Shown here piece after piece: positions 1 to 9,846 of a stretch of 64,000 nt of DNA. The position numbers and the translations under genes were made by a program. Within the stretch, counting starts at the first letter, position 1; each line of letters opens with the position of its first letter. Below the pieces are notes generated by a model that saw only the letters and a list, made by a program, of their open reading frames with translations, had not been told where the DNA came from and searched no databases. This stretch comes from an uncultured Bacilli bacterium (GTDB lineage Bacteria > Bacillota_I > Bacilli_A > RF39 > UBA660), in NCBI GenBank assembly GCA_947624565.1, contig CANQKX010000003.1, positions 11,340 through 75,339 of the forward strand. Direction: 5' to 3'.

Positions 1-2
1 CA

Positions 3-266
3 TTAGAATTATCAGAAAAGGAATTTTTTATTCTATTAAAAGAAATGATTAGTTTTGGACTAAAAGGTATTGAAGTATATCATTCAAGTCATTCAAAAGA
101 AGAAATGGATTATTATTTGAAAATAGCAAATAGATATGGATTATTAATAAGTGGTGGTAGTGATTTCCATGGAAAAACTATTAAACCCAATATTGAATTA
201 GGAACCGGTAAAGATAATAATATTAGAATTAAAAAACTATCATTGCTAGATAAATTACATAAATAA
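3..266 (+). CDS. PHP-domain metal-dependent phosphoesterase, 3' part (runs off left edge)
   Basis: Frame open from position 3; GLKGIEVYHS and SGGSDFHG motifs typical of PHP C-terminus. Confidence 0.8.
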   Translation, partial: LELSEKEFFILLKEMISFGLKGIEVYHSSHSKEEMDYYLKIANRYGLLISGGSDFHGKTIKPNIELGTGKDNNIRIKKLSLLDKLHK

Positions 267-380
267 TAAAAAATATAGTGATTAGTTGTTTATCAACTTT
301 ACTATTAGTAGTTTTAAATAGCCTGTGTTATTGTTTCTATGACGAACTTGTTTGAAATACTCTGGCATTTAAATATATTT

Positions 381-406
381 CATCTCTATTTAGAGATGAT
401 TTTTTT
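381..406 (+). terminator. Intrinsic terminator-like hairpin
   Basis: CATCTCTA-TT-TAGAGATG followed by a T run. Confidence 0.5.
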
Positions 407-537
407 AAATAAAAATTCCTAGTGGAAGTTAATTACTTTGTTTTTAACAATTGACTATAGAACAATTTTAAACAAATTTATTATAACGTCTTTATTTTAT
501 AAAAATAAAGACAATATTTTACAACTTTGCCTTTATT

Positions 538-1581
538 TTAATCAATTTTGAAATCTAAATATACATAATTACTCATATCATAAGCCAAATTATTTTCTAT
601 CATCTTATTTGCAATTTTGCAACACTTAGAAATTCTTTTGCCATTAAATAAGGGATCAATATATCTAACTTTTGCTCCATGATGAACATAATAAACATTT
701 TCTGGTTCTTCTTTTGAAATTTTTACTTTTTTAGCGTTTTTCCACAAATTAAAAATATTTTTATATTTAGAAGATTCAATAATATCTATTACATCACTTT
801 CTTTTAATTCATACAAATCTTTCTTTGATATTTTATCTTCATCACTTAATTTCTTTAGAATATCAGCAATAAATTGCATAGAATACCTAGTTCTATCTTC
901 ACGATAAATAACAGATAATCTACTAGTAACTTTCACAAAATTTCTAGCTACCTTTTTAGTTTTAAAACCAAGTTCCATTTCAATTTCTTCGTTATTTTGA
1001 ATTTCTATATCATCATATATTTCTTTAATACTTTTTATATCTAATAATTTATAAGTAAATAATGCATTAGATAATGAATATTCCAATCTATCAGCAGATA
1101 ATTTAGGAGTATTATTATCAGCTATTGGATAAAGATGATAATTATCAACTTCAGATATTTCAATATTATCTCTTTTTAATAAAGCCATTATTTCTTTAGA
1201 ATTTTTTATAATTTCAGTAGTTAAATCTTCAGTTGATTCTTGATTCATATAATCTCCATTCAAGAAATCTATACAATGTTTAAATGCAGGTGTTGATATA
1301 TCGTGAAATAATCCAGACAAAGTTTGTTTTTTGTCATGAGTAAAATGCCATATAATTAAAGAAACGGCAACTGAATGATCAAGACTTGAATAGAAAAAAT
1401 CGCTCTCAAATAAATTTGAATAAATTGTACCACAAGTAACACTAATATATTGTTGTGATAATAATTCTTTTGTATCTATATATTCATTTAGCCATTCTGG
1501 GAATTTTGGTTCTAAAATTTCAAAATAATCTTTTATTTCCTTGCTGATGTTATCATAATATTTACTCATTTTATTCCTCAC
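538..1581 (-). CDS. HD-domain phosphohydrolase
   Basis: SLDHS...GLFHD...SADRLEY motifs. Confidence 0.8.
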   Translation of the reverse strand: MRNKMSKYYDNISKEIKDYFEILEPKFPEWLNEYIDTKELLSQQYISVTCGTIYSNLFESDFFYSSLDHSVAVSLIIWHFTHDKKQTLSGLFHDISTPAFKHCIDFLNGDYMNQESTEDLTTEIIKNSKEIMALLKRDNIEISEVDNYHLYPIADNNTPKLSADRLEYSLSNALFTYKLLDIKSIKEIYDDIEIQNNEEIEMELGFKTKKVARNFVKVTSRLSVIYREDRTRYSMQFIADILKKLSDEDKISKKDLYELKESDVIDIIESSKYKNIFNLWKNAKKVKISKEEPENVYYVHHGAKVRYIDPLFNGKRISKCCKIANKMIENNLAYDMSNYVYLDFKID

Positions 1582-1824
1582 TTCTTATTAAATTCTTTTT
1601 TTATATTTCTTGTTTATTTAATTTTTAATCAATATTATTGTATCATAATTTATAATTTTTTATATAATACATTGAATTTTAATGATGCAAGATAAATCAT
1701 TATTATTTCAAAAAGTAAATTGAGTTTATGATTATTTTATTTCATTATTATCTAATATATTTTAATTTTTATTATTGATATAAATTATAAATTGTTTTAA
1801 AATTAGTATAGAGAAGGTGCGCTT

Positions 1825-3015
1825 ATGAGTAAGAAAAATAAAAAAGAAGAAATAAATGAAAAAGATAGTAAGAAAGTAGAAAAAGAAAAAGATAAAAATG
1901 GTGAAAAAAAGAAAAGTAGTAAATTAAAAAAAATAATTGTTATTGTAATAATATTGTTATTAATAGTTTGTGGTATATTTTATTATCTAGTTGAAAGGCA
2001 AAAAACAGTTATAAAAAATAATATAGAAAAAATTAAAAATCAAAATCAAACTGCATTTATTGATTACAAAAATAATATAGAATTTTTAACAACATGGTCG
2101 TATGATGAATTAAAAAATAATTTAATTAATGAAAAAAAGATAAAGAAAGGTACTAATATTGAAATAAATGTTGATAGTAAAAAAATAGATGAAAAAAATG
2201 AAGTAAAATTTGAAAAAGTAGGAAAAGTAACTATAGATATATATTTAACTAATAATTATAAATATAAAATAATAAAAGAACATGTAGAAAAAATAAAAAA
2301 TCATAAAAAGATTACATTAAAAATAGAAGATACAATATCACCTGTATTAAATGGAGTTAGTAATAAAACTATTACTGTAGGAGATAATTTAAATATATTA
2401 GATGGAATAACTGCGACTGATGAAAAAGAAGGAAATATTACAGTACAAACAGAAGGTGAAGTAGATACATCAAAGGCAGGTACTTATAAGGTTAAAATAT
2501 TTGCTGTTGATAAAAATGGAAACAAAGCAGAACAAGAAATGGAAGTAGTAGTTAAAGCAAAACCTACAGTTTCATATAGAGGTAGTTATAGTTCAAGTAC
2601 TAATAGTTCTAGTAGTAGCTCATCATCACAAAGTGATGCAAGTACAGTAAGTGGAAGATTAGCAATAGCAAGATCAGAAGCAAGAAAAATAGGAGCCCAA
2701 ATATTTAAATCTGGTATGAGTGATTTACAAAAAGCACAAGCAATAGCTACATATTTATATTCAAATGTTGATCGTCAATTAAATCAAAGTAATGAAGCAT
2801 ATAAAACAAATTATGGTAATGAAGCATATGCAGCTTTTGTACTTAAAATAGCTGCTTGTTCAGGTTTTTGCAAGGCTGCAATGCTACTTTGTGAACAGGG
2901 TGGATTACAATGTAAGCATATAAATGCAAACCAGTGGACTCATCAATGGCTTGAAGTATATATAGATAATAGATGGGTACAAATGGATCCTCAACTTGGA
3001 GCAGTATTTTATTAA
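1825..3015 (+). CDS. Membrane-anchored protein with Ig-like (DUF5011-type) domain and C-terminal transglutaminase-like domain
   Basis: N-terminal TM; DTISPVLNG...VDTSKAGTY Ig repeat; Ser-rich linker; Cys-His-Asp triad (AACSG...HQW...MDP). Confidence 0.7.
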   Translation: MSKKNKKEEINEKDSKKVEKEKDKNGEKKKSSKLKKIIVIVIILLLIVCGIFYYLVERQKTVIKNNIEKIKNQNQTAFIDYKNNIEFLTTWSYDELKNNLINEKKIKKGTNIEINVDSKKIDEKNEVKFEKVGKVTIDIYLTNNYKYKIIKEHVEKIKNHKKITLKIEDTISPVLNGVSNKTITVGDNLNILDGITATDEKEGNITVQTEGEVDTSKAGTYKVKIFAVDKNGNKAEQEMEVVVKAKPTVSYRGSYSSSTNSSSSSSSSQSDASTVSGRLAIARSEARKIGAQIFKSGMSDLQKAQAIATYLYSNVDRQLNQSNEAYKTNYGNEAYAAFVLKIAACSGFCKAAMLLCEQGGLQCKHINANQWTHQWLEVYIDNRWVQMDPQLGAVFY

Positions 3016-3102
3016 AGATAATATCAAAATTATCTTTTTTTTAATTATTATTGATTTATTTAAATTTTTATTGTATATTTTAATATAGAAAGGAGAATTA
3101 AA

Positions 3103-3675
3103 ATGAATTATGATGTTTATTATGACTATAATAGTATAGCAGATATTGGAATTGGTACATGGATTATATCAATTGCAGCAAGTGTCTTAATTATAGTTTC
3201 TATGTGGAAAATATTTAAGAAAGCAGGTAAAAAAGGTTGGGAATCAATTATTCCAATATATAATATGGTTGTACTACTTGAAATTTGTAAAATTGAAGTA
3301 TGGCAAATTGTTTTCTTCATAATACCATTTGCAAATATATATATTTTTTTCAGATTATATATTGAACTTGCTAAAAAATTTGGTAAAGGTGTTGGATTTG
3401 GAGTATTAAATGTATTTTTCCCAATAATAACTCTTCCAATATTAGCATTTGGCAGTGCAAAATATGAAGATGATAATAATTCAAACACTGAATCTAATGC
3501 AAGTATATTAGATGTTAGTGAAACTGGTGTACCAAATAATTCAGAAGCAAAAGATTTTGAATACGGATATGAAAAAGAAGAAACAGTAGTTATTCCACAG
3601 ATTAATGAAGATGAAAATTCAGAATCTAGTTCTAATGAAAACGAAGATTCACAATCTAGTTCTAATCAAGAATAA
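3103..3675 (+). CDS. DUF5684-like membrane protein with acidic tail
   Basis: WKIFKKAGKKGWESIIPIYN...LAKKFGKG signature. Confidence 0.7.
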   Translation: MNYDVYYDYNSIADIGIGTWIISIAASVLIIVSMWKIFKKAGKKGWESIIPIYNMVVLLEICKIEVWQIVFFIIPFANIYIFFRLYIELAKKFGKGVGFGVLNVFFPIITLPILAFGSAKYEDDNNSNTESNASILDVSETGVPNNSEAKDFEYGYEKEETVVIPQINEDENSESSSNENEDSQSSSNQE

Positions 3676-3706
3676 TTTAAACAATTTCTAAAATAAGAGG
3701 GTAAAA

Positions 3707-4093
3707 ATGGAAGAAACAAAATTTTTAACAAGAGGTAAGGTATTACTATTTGTAGTAATTATAGTAATCATATTAATAACATATATATCATTTAAAATAG
3801 TTCATACTTCTACAATGAAAAAGTATACAGGTTTCGAAAAAGAATTAATGTCTGCTGCCGAAAATTATTATGAAATAAAAAATATTGAAGTAGAAGATGG
3901 AGAAGAAAAGAAAGTAACAATAAAAGAATTATCTGATATGAATCTTGTTTATAATGAACTTTCTAATAAATGTAGTGGATATGTTATAATAGCAAGTGAA
4001 GAAGATATATCGAAAGATGACTATGAAATTGTTTATAGACCATATATAAAATGTGGAAAAAAATATATGACTGCTAATTATAGTGAATATTAA
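3707..4093 (+). CDS. Single-TM exported protein, pilin-like; paralog of the next gene's N-terminus
   Basis: TM then AAENY...CSGYV...YRPYIKCG; N-terminus MEETKFLTRGK. Confidence 0.6.
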   Translation: MEETKFLTRGKVLLFVVIIVIILITYISFKIVHTSTMKKYTGFEKELMSAAENYYEIKNIEVEDGEEKKVTIKELSDMNLVYNELSNKCSGYVIIASEEDISKDDYEIVYRPYIKCGKKYMTANYSEY

Positions 4094-4156
4094 ATAAGTA
4101 AAATCATTTACTTATTTTCTTTTTGTGTTATAATGTAATTATGATTAGGAGGATTT

Positions 4157-5599
4157 ATGGAAGAAACAAAATGGTTAACAAAAGGTAAAATAATTATGTT
4201 TTCAGTAATTATACTAATAATAGGATCAGTAATAGCTTTTATTTTTATAAGGAAAAGTAATTTAAAAAAAGATTATATTAAATTTGAAAGTCAATTAGAA
4301 TATGCTGCTCCTAATTATTTGTTAAAAGAGAAAATATCTTTAAAGGAAAATGAATGGCGTGAAATAAAAATTGATGATTTATTAAAACAAAAATTAGTAA
4401 TAAACAAGAGGGCATCTGATTGTGATGGATATGTTATTGCTCAAGGACTTGAAAATGATGATAAAATAGAAGAAAATATAATAGAAGAAACAAATGATGA
4501 AAAAAATGTAGCAGAAGAAATAAATAATGAAGAAGATCAAATAGAAAGTAATGAAGATTCATCTGAAGATAAAAGTAAGGATGAAATTAGTGAAAATATA
4601 ACATATAATGCATATATAACATGTAAGAAAATTTATAAAACAAAAGGATATGGTACTAGACCTACTAATGGTAATAAGAATGAAGAAAAAACTCAAACTC
4701 AAAATGACACAGTAAAACCTACTATAGAATTATTTGGCGATGAAACAATTAAAATAAAGCAAGGAGATAAATATGAAGAACTAGGTGCTATTGCTATGGA
4801 TAATATTGATGGGGATATAACTTCTAAAATAAAAATAACAGGAGAAGTTGACACATCAAAAGTAGGTACTTACAAATTGAAATATACAGTATCTGATTCA
4901 TCAAAAAATAAAACTACAAAAGAAAGAACAGTTATAGTTGAAGAAAAGGAAATAGAAGAAGAAAATCCTGTTGAACCAGAGAAACCTGTTGAACCACAAG
5001 TTCCAGAAACTCCACAAAAACCAGAAAATAATACTCCAAGTCCAGCACCATCTTATGAAAAAGATGTAACAGCTCCTATAATAACTTTTAATGATAATAG
5101 TTTATATCAAACAATATGCGCAGGTAATAGTGTTAATATTGCTGTTAATGGTCCATATGGTTATGTAGCAAGAGATAATGTTGATGGTAATATAACAAGT
5201 AGAGTATCTATTACAGGCGATACAGGAGTTATAAATCAACCAGGAGTATATAATTTATATTATCAAGTATCTGATAGTGCAGGTAATGTAGCACATGCTA
5301 GTAAACAATTTACTGTAAAAAGTTGTTCAAGTACTATACCAGATAATAAACCTACAGTATCAGTTAGTAGTGTAAGTTGTACTTCAATGAATATTTCAGT
5401 TAATGAAAATAGGAAACTTCTAGTTACAATAAATCCAAGTAATGCAACTAATAAAAATTTATCTTATTCTTCATTAAATACTAGTATAGCAACTATTTCA
5501 TCAGATGGAATTGTTGTAGGTATATCAAAAGGTAGTGCAACAATAGTTGTATCATCTGCAAATGGACGAAAAGGAACATGTACGGTTAATGTTAGATAA
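4157..5599 (+). CDS. Surface protein: pilin-like N-domain, two DUF5011-type Ig domains, C-terminal Big_2-like domain
   Basis: MEETKWLTKGK; DNIDGDIT and DNVDGNIT repeats; Pro/Glu linker; PSNATNKNLSYSS Big_2 motif. Confidence 0.7.
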   Translation: MEETKWLTKGKIIMFSVIILIIGSVIAFIFIRKSNLKKDYIKFESQLEYAAPNYLLKEKISLKENEWREIKIDDLLKQKLVINKRASDCDGYVIAQGLENDDKIEENIIEETNDEKNVAEEINNEEDQIESNEDSSEDKSKDEISENITYNAYITCKKIYKTKGYGTRPTNGNKNEEKTQTQNDTVKPTIELFGDETIKIKQGDKYEELGAIAMDNIDGDITSKIKITGEVDTSKVGTYKLKYTVSDSSKNKTTKERTVIVEEKEIEEENPVEPEKPVEPQVPETPQKPENNTPSPAPSYEKDVTAPIITFNDNSLYQTICAGNSVNIAVNGPYGYVARDNVDGNITSRVSITGDTGVINQPGVYNLYYQVSDSAGNVAHASKQFTVKSCSSTIPDNKPTVSVSSVSCTSMNISVNENRKLLVTINPSNATNKNLSYSSLNTSIATISSDGIVVGISKGSATIVVSSANGRKGTCTVNVR

Positions 5600-5665
5600 A
5601 AGAATCAATCGATTCTTTTATTTTTACTTTCTATATGATATAATAGTTAAGAAAGTAGGGTAAAC

Positions 5666-6823
5666 ATGATAACGATACGAGATATTAATATAAAAGATAA
5701 AAAGGTTTTAATTAGATGTGATTTTAATGTTCCTATTATTAATGGTAAAATACAAGATGATAATAGAATAGTAAAAAGTATACCTACAATACAATACGCA
5801 ATTGATAATGCATATAAAGTTATAATTATTTCTCATCTTGGTAGAATTAAGACAAAAGATGATATGAAAAAAAATTCATTAAAAATAGTGTGTGATAGGT
5901 TATCTAAATTGTTAAATATAGATATTAAATTTTGTACATACGAAGATGATATTAAAAGTGAAATAAGTAAAAATAAAATAGTAATGCTTGAAAATATTAG
6001 ATTTTTTGATATTGATGACAAAAAAGAAAGTAATAATGATGAACAACTTGCAAAATATTTATCAAGTTTGTGTGATGTATATATAAATGATGCTTTTGGA
6101 GTTTCACATAGAAATGCTGCTTCAACAACTGGAATATCACAATTAGTTCCTAGTGCAATAGGATTTTTAATGGAGGAAGAAATAAATAAATTAAGTGAAT
6201 TATTTAATCCTAAAAAACCATTTGTAATAATTCTAGGAGGATCAAAAGTTTCTGATAAAATTGGTATAATATCAAATCTTATTGATAAAGTTGATAAAAT
6301 GGTGATAGTGGGTGCTATGGCATTTACATTTTTAAAAGCAGAAAATATTGATATTGGAAAATCAATATTTGATGAAGATAACTTAAATTATTGTAAAAAT
6401 TTACTTAATAAATATAAAGATAAAATTATATTGCCTCAAGATGTATATGTATCAGATAATATAAATAGTAAAAATAAAATATTAGTAGATATTGAAAATA
6501 TTCCAAGTAATATGATGGGATTAGATATAGGTGAAAAAACATTAGATAAAATAACAGAAAATATTAAAGATTCTAAAACAATTTTTTTAAATGGACCTGC
6601 AGGGGCATTTGAAAATGAAGTATTTTCATATGGAACAAAAAATTTATTAAGTATATTATATAATACAAATGCAAAAGTTATAATAGGAGGAGGAGATTCT
6701 GCTTCTGCTGCTATAAAATATGGTTATAAAAATAAATTTTATCATATATCAACAGGAGGAGGAGCATCTTTAAAATTTTTAGAAGGAAAAACATTAGATG
6801 GATTAAAATATATAGGGGAATAA
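5666..6823 (+). CDS. pgk: Phosphoglycerate kinase
   Basis: RCDFNVP, SHLGR, NDAFG, GGSKVSDK, GGGDS, STGGGAS. Confidence 0.97.
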   Translation: MITIRDINIKDKKVLIRCDFNVPIINGKIQDDNRIVKSIPTIQYAIDNAYKVIIISHLGRIKTKDDMKKNSLKIVCDRLSKLLNIDIKFCTYEDDIKSEISKNKIVMLENIRFFDIDDKKESNNDEQLAKYLSSLCDVYINDAFGVSHRNAASTTGISQLVPSAIGFLMEEEINKLSELFNPKKPFVIILGGSKVSDKIGIISNLIDKVDKMVIVGAMAFTFLKAENIDIGKSIFDEDNLNYCKNLLNKYKDKIILPQDVYVSDNINSKNKILVDIENIPSNMMGLDIGEKTLDKITENIKDSKTIFLNGPAGAFENEVFSYGTKNLLSILYNTNAKVIIGGGDSASAAIKYGYKNKFYHISTGGGASLKFLEGKTLDGLKYIGE

Positions 6824-6825
6824 AT

Positions 6826-7836
6826 ATGAAAAAATATAGGTTAAATATTTTAATATTAATATTTGTATCAATTTTAATAATGTATTTGATAATGAAAGAT
6901 AATTTTCATCAAATCGTTAATCATTTATTAAATGCAAATTTTGGATTTTTATTTATTGCATTGTTATTTATGATATTTCAAGTTTTATTTCAATCATTAT
7001 CAATGCATTTATATCTAAAAGAAATAGATAAAAATTATAAATTTAAAGATACCTTTATTTTAATGAGTAGCGCATTATTCTTTAACGCTATTACACCTTT
7101 TTCATCAGGTGGACAACCTTTCCAAATGTATTTACTAAAAAAACAAGGAATAAAGGTAACAGAATCTGGTAATGCATTATTACAAAATTTTATCTCATAT
7201 CAAATATCACTTATATTATTTGGTACACTTTCAATTATAATAAACAATTATCTTATTATAATTCCACAAACAAGTTTACTTAGGAAAATAGTAATGATTG
7301 GATATACAGTTAATGTAGTAATATTACTTATATTATTATTTTTAGGTAAAGCAAAAAATGTAAATACAAAGATATTTAATAAAATTTTTAATTTTATATT
7401 TAGTTTTAAATTCATTAAAAATAGAGAAAAATTAAAAGAATTAGCATCAAAAAAAATTGATGAATTCTATAACAGTAGTACATACTTTAAAGAAAATAAA
7501 TCTATACTATTAAAATCTATAGGTTATAATCTAATTTCTTTTATATTCTTTTATTCAATACCATTATTTATATTTGCAAGTATAGGTAAACTTGATGTAA
7601 TATCTTTTTTAGATTCAATAGTATGTTCTAGTTATACTTTCTTTATAGGATCATTTATTCCAATACCAGGAGGAACAGGAGGACTTGAATATGCCTTTTT
7701 AGAATTTTTTAAAGGGTTTACAACTTCCACATTATTATCTGCATGTATGATATTATGGAGATTTATTACATATTATTTATCGATGATATTGGGTGCTTTA
7801 TCACTTATATTTGTTAAAAAGAGGGTAGAAAAATGA
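6826..7836 (+). CDS. Lysylphosphatidylglycerol synthase TM / flippase-like membrane protein
   Basis: FFNAITPFSSGGQP, PIPGGTGGLE, WRFITYY. Confidence 0.85.
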   Translation: MKKYRLNILILIFVSILIMYLIMKDNFHQIVNHLLNANFGFLFIALLFMIFQVLFQSLSMHLYLKEIDKNYKFKDTFILMSSALFFNAITPFSSGGQPFQMYLLKKQGIKVTESGNALLQNFISYQISLILFGTLSIIINNYLIIIPQTSLLRKIVMIGYTVNVVILLILLFLGKAKNVNTKIFNKIFNFIFSFKFIKNREKLKELASKKIDEFYNSSTYFKENKSILLKSIGYNLISFIFFYSIPLFIFASIGKLDVISFLDSIVCSSYTFFIGSFIPIPGGTGGLEYAFLEFFKGFTTSTLLSACMILWRFITYYLSMILGALSLIFVKKRVEK

Positions 7837-9077
7837 GAGTAGGAATATTTACAGAATCATATCCTCCATTAGTAAATGGAGTATCAACTAGTATATTAAT
7901 GCTTCAACATGCTTTAGAAAAACAAGGGCATGAAGTATTTATAATAACTGTTAGTGACGAAAAATTAAAATATAGTATTGAAGATGATGGTAAAATATTA
8001 AGATTACCATCTCTTCAACTAGCTAGGTGTTATGATTATAAATTTACAAGTGTTTATCCAATAAAAGCACTTAATATCATAAAAAAAATGAATCTAGATG
8101 TAATTCATTCAAATGTGGAATTTACTATTGGAATATTTGCAAGAATAGTATCAGCACAATTATCAATACCACTTGTTCATACATATCATACAAATTGGGA
8201 AGATTATACACATTATATAACTAAAAATAAAAAGATATTAGATGAAATATGCAAAAAAAGTATTAAGTACTTATCTGTTTTTTTTGAGGACAAGACTGTT
8301 ACAGAATTAATTGTTCCATCAAATAAAATATATAACTTATTTAAAGATAAATATAATTTTACTAAAAATATTCATATAGTTCCAACGGGTATTGAGACAA
8401 GTAAATTTTATAAAGAAAATTTTGATATTAAGAAAGTAAATGCTTTAAGAAAAAAATATAATATTAAGAAAAAAGATTTTGTAATAATGACAGTTTGTAG
8501 ACTTGCTCAAGAAAAGAGTGTAGATAAACTTATAATTAATCATAAAAAGTTAGTAGATATGAATAAAAATTTTAAATTATTTATAGTGGGGGATGGACCT
8601 GATATAAATAAATTAAAAAAATTGACTCAAGACTTAAATATTTCTGATAATGTAATATTTACAGGTAAAGTATTGTTAGATGATATTCCAATATATTATC
8701 AATTAGGAAATGTATTTGTAAGTGCATCAACAACAGAAACACAAGGTTTAACTATTATAGAAGCAATTAGTTCATCACTTCCTGTAGTTGCGATAAAAGA
8801 TGATGCGTTTTTTAATAGTGTTATAAATGATTTTAATGGTTATTTGTTTGAAACAGATGAACAGTACATAGATTATATATTAAAATTATATTGTAATAAA
8901 GATTTATATAATAGACTATCTAATCAATCTAGGATATTATCAGATGATTTTACATCTGAATATTTTGCACAAAAAGTACTAAAAGTATATAAAACTGCAA
9001 TAGAAAATTATAAATCTAACAAAAACATAATTAATAAAATAAAAAACATTATCAGTAAAAGGAAATATAGATTATGA
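7833..9077 (+). CDS. GT4 glycosyltransferase, probable glycolipid (monoglucosyl-DAG) synthase
   Basis: GIFTESYPPLVNGV, VHTYHT, RLAQEK, ETQGLTIIEA. Confidence 0.85.
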   Translation: MRVGIFTESYPPLVNGVSTSILMLQHALEKQGHEVFIITVSDEKLKYSIEDDGKILRLPSLQLARCYDYKFTSVYPIKALNIIKKMNLDVIHSNVEFTIGIFARIVSAQLSIPLVHTYHTNWEDYTHYITKNKKILDEICKKSIKYLSVFFEDKTVTELIVPSNKIYNLFKDKYNFTKNIHIVPTGIETSKFYKENFDIKKVNALRKKYNIKKKDFVIMTVCRLAQEKSVDKLIINHKKLVDMNKNFKLFIVGDGPDINKLKKLTQDLNISDNVIFTGKVLLDDIPIYYQLGNVFVSASTTETQGLTIIEAISSSLPVVAIKDDAFFNSVINDFNGYLFETDEQYIDYILKLYCNKDLYNRLSNQSRILSDDFTSEYFAQKVLKVYKTAIENYKSNKNIINKIKNIISKRKYRL

Positions 9078-9739
9078 ATAAAATAATAGTTGGAAATTTA
9101 AAATCATCATTGAATGAGTCAAATGTAAAAAATTATGTGGATAAGATTAATAAATATAAGTATGATAATTTAATTATTTGTGTAGATGATAAATATATAG
9201 ATTTATTCAAATCAAATAATTATAATATAGCATATCAAGATATAAATAATATAAATTTAAATAATAATGTAAAATATGCTTTATTAGGTCATTATAGTGT
9301 AAGAAATTTACAAACAGATGAGATTATAAATAAAAAAATTAATTATTGCTTATCACATAATCTTAAAGTAATATTATGTATAGGAAATGAAAAAAAAGAA
9401 GAATTTAAAAGTATAATTAATCAAATAGACAATTGTTTAAAAGATATTAAACCAGATGAAATTAAGAATATAATACTTGCATATGAGCCATTTTATATGA
9501 TAAATAGTAATTTAAATGTTGATATTAAATTAGTAAAAAAATATATAGATGATATTAAAAGTCATGTAAAAAATAAATATAATTTTGATGTAAATGTTTT
9601 ATATGGCGGTAATGTTAATGAGTTAAATATAAATAAAATTTTAGAAATTTCTGATGGAATTTTAGTAGGCAGACTATGTTTTGATGTTAATAAGTTTACA
9701 CAAATATTACATAGTTTAGGACTACTTCAAATAAAGTGA
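9074..9739 (+). CDS. tpiA: Triosephosphate isomerase, short and divergent
   Basis: GNLK, LGH, AYEP, LYGG, GILVG motifs; in operon with pgk. Confidence 0.8.
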   Translation: MNKIIVGNLKSSLNESNVKNYVDKINKYKYDNLIICVDDKYIDLFKSNNYNIAYQDINNINLNNNVKYALLGHYSVRNLQTDEIINKKINYCLSHNLKVILCIGNEKKEEFKSIINQIDNCLKDIKPDEIKNIILAYEPFYMINSNLNVDIKLVKKYIDDIKSHVKNKYNFDVNVLYGGNVNELNINKILEISDGILVGRLCFDVNKFTQILHSLGLLQIK

Positions 9740-9744
9740 TTTTT

Positions 9745-9761
9745 TTCGACAAAATTCGACA
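9745..9761 (-). promoter_or_regulatory. Two tandem Spo0A boxes upstream of spo0A
   Basis: TTCGACA at 9745-9751 and 9755-9761 = TGTCGAA on the minus strand, a perfect 0A-box consensus. Confidence 0.8.
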
Positions 9762-9846
9762 AAACAAGATAATATAATCTCTAGTATCGCGGCAAATTTT
9801 GTTGTATAATTTAGAAGTAAAAAAAATAAAGAGAGGAAAAGACGAA

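Noticed and set aside
420-470. Purine riboswitch-like ending TTGACTATAG
   Set aside because: Core aptamer motifs are absent and there is no co-oriented downstream gene.
4960-5050. Short repeats CCTGTTGAACCA in the surface protein gene
   Set aside because: They encode an ordinary Pro/Glu linker.
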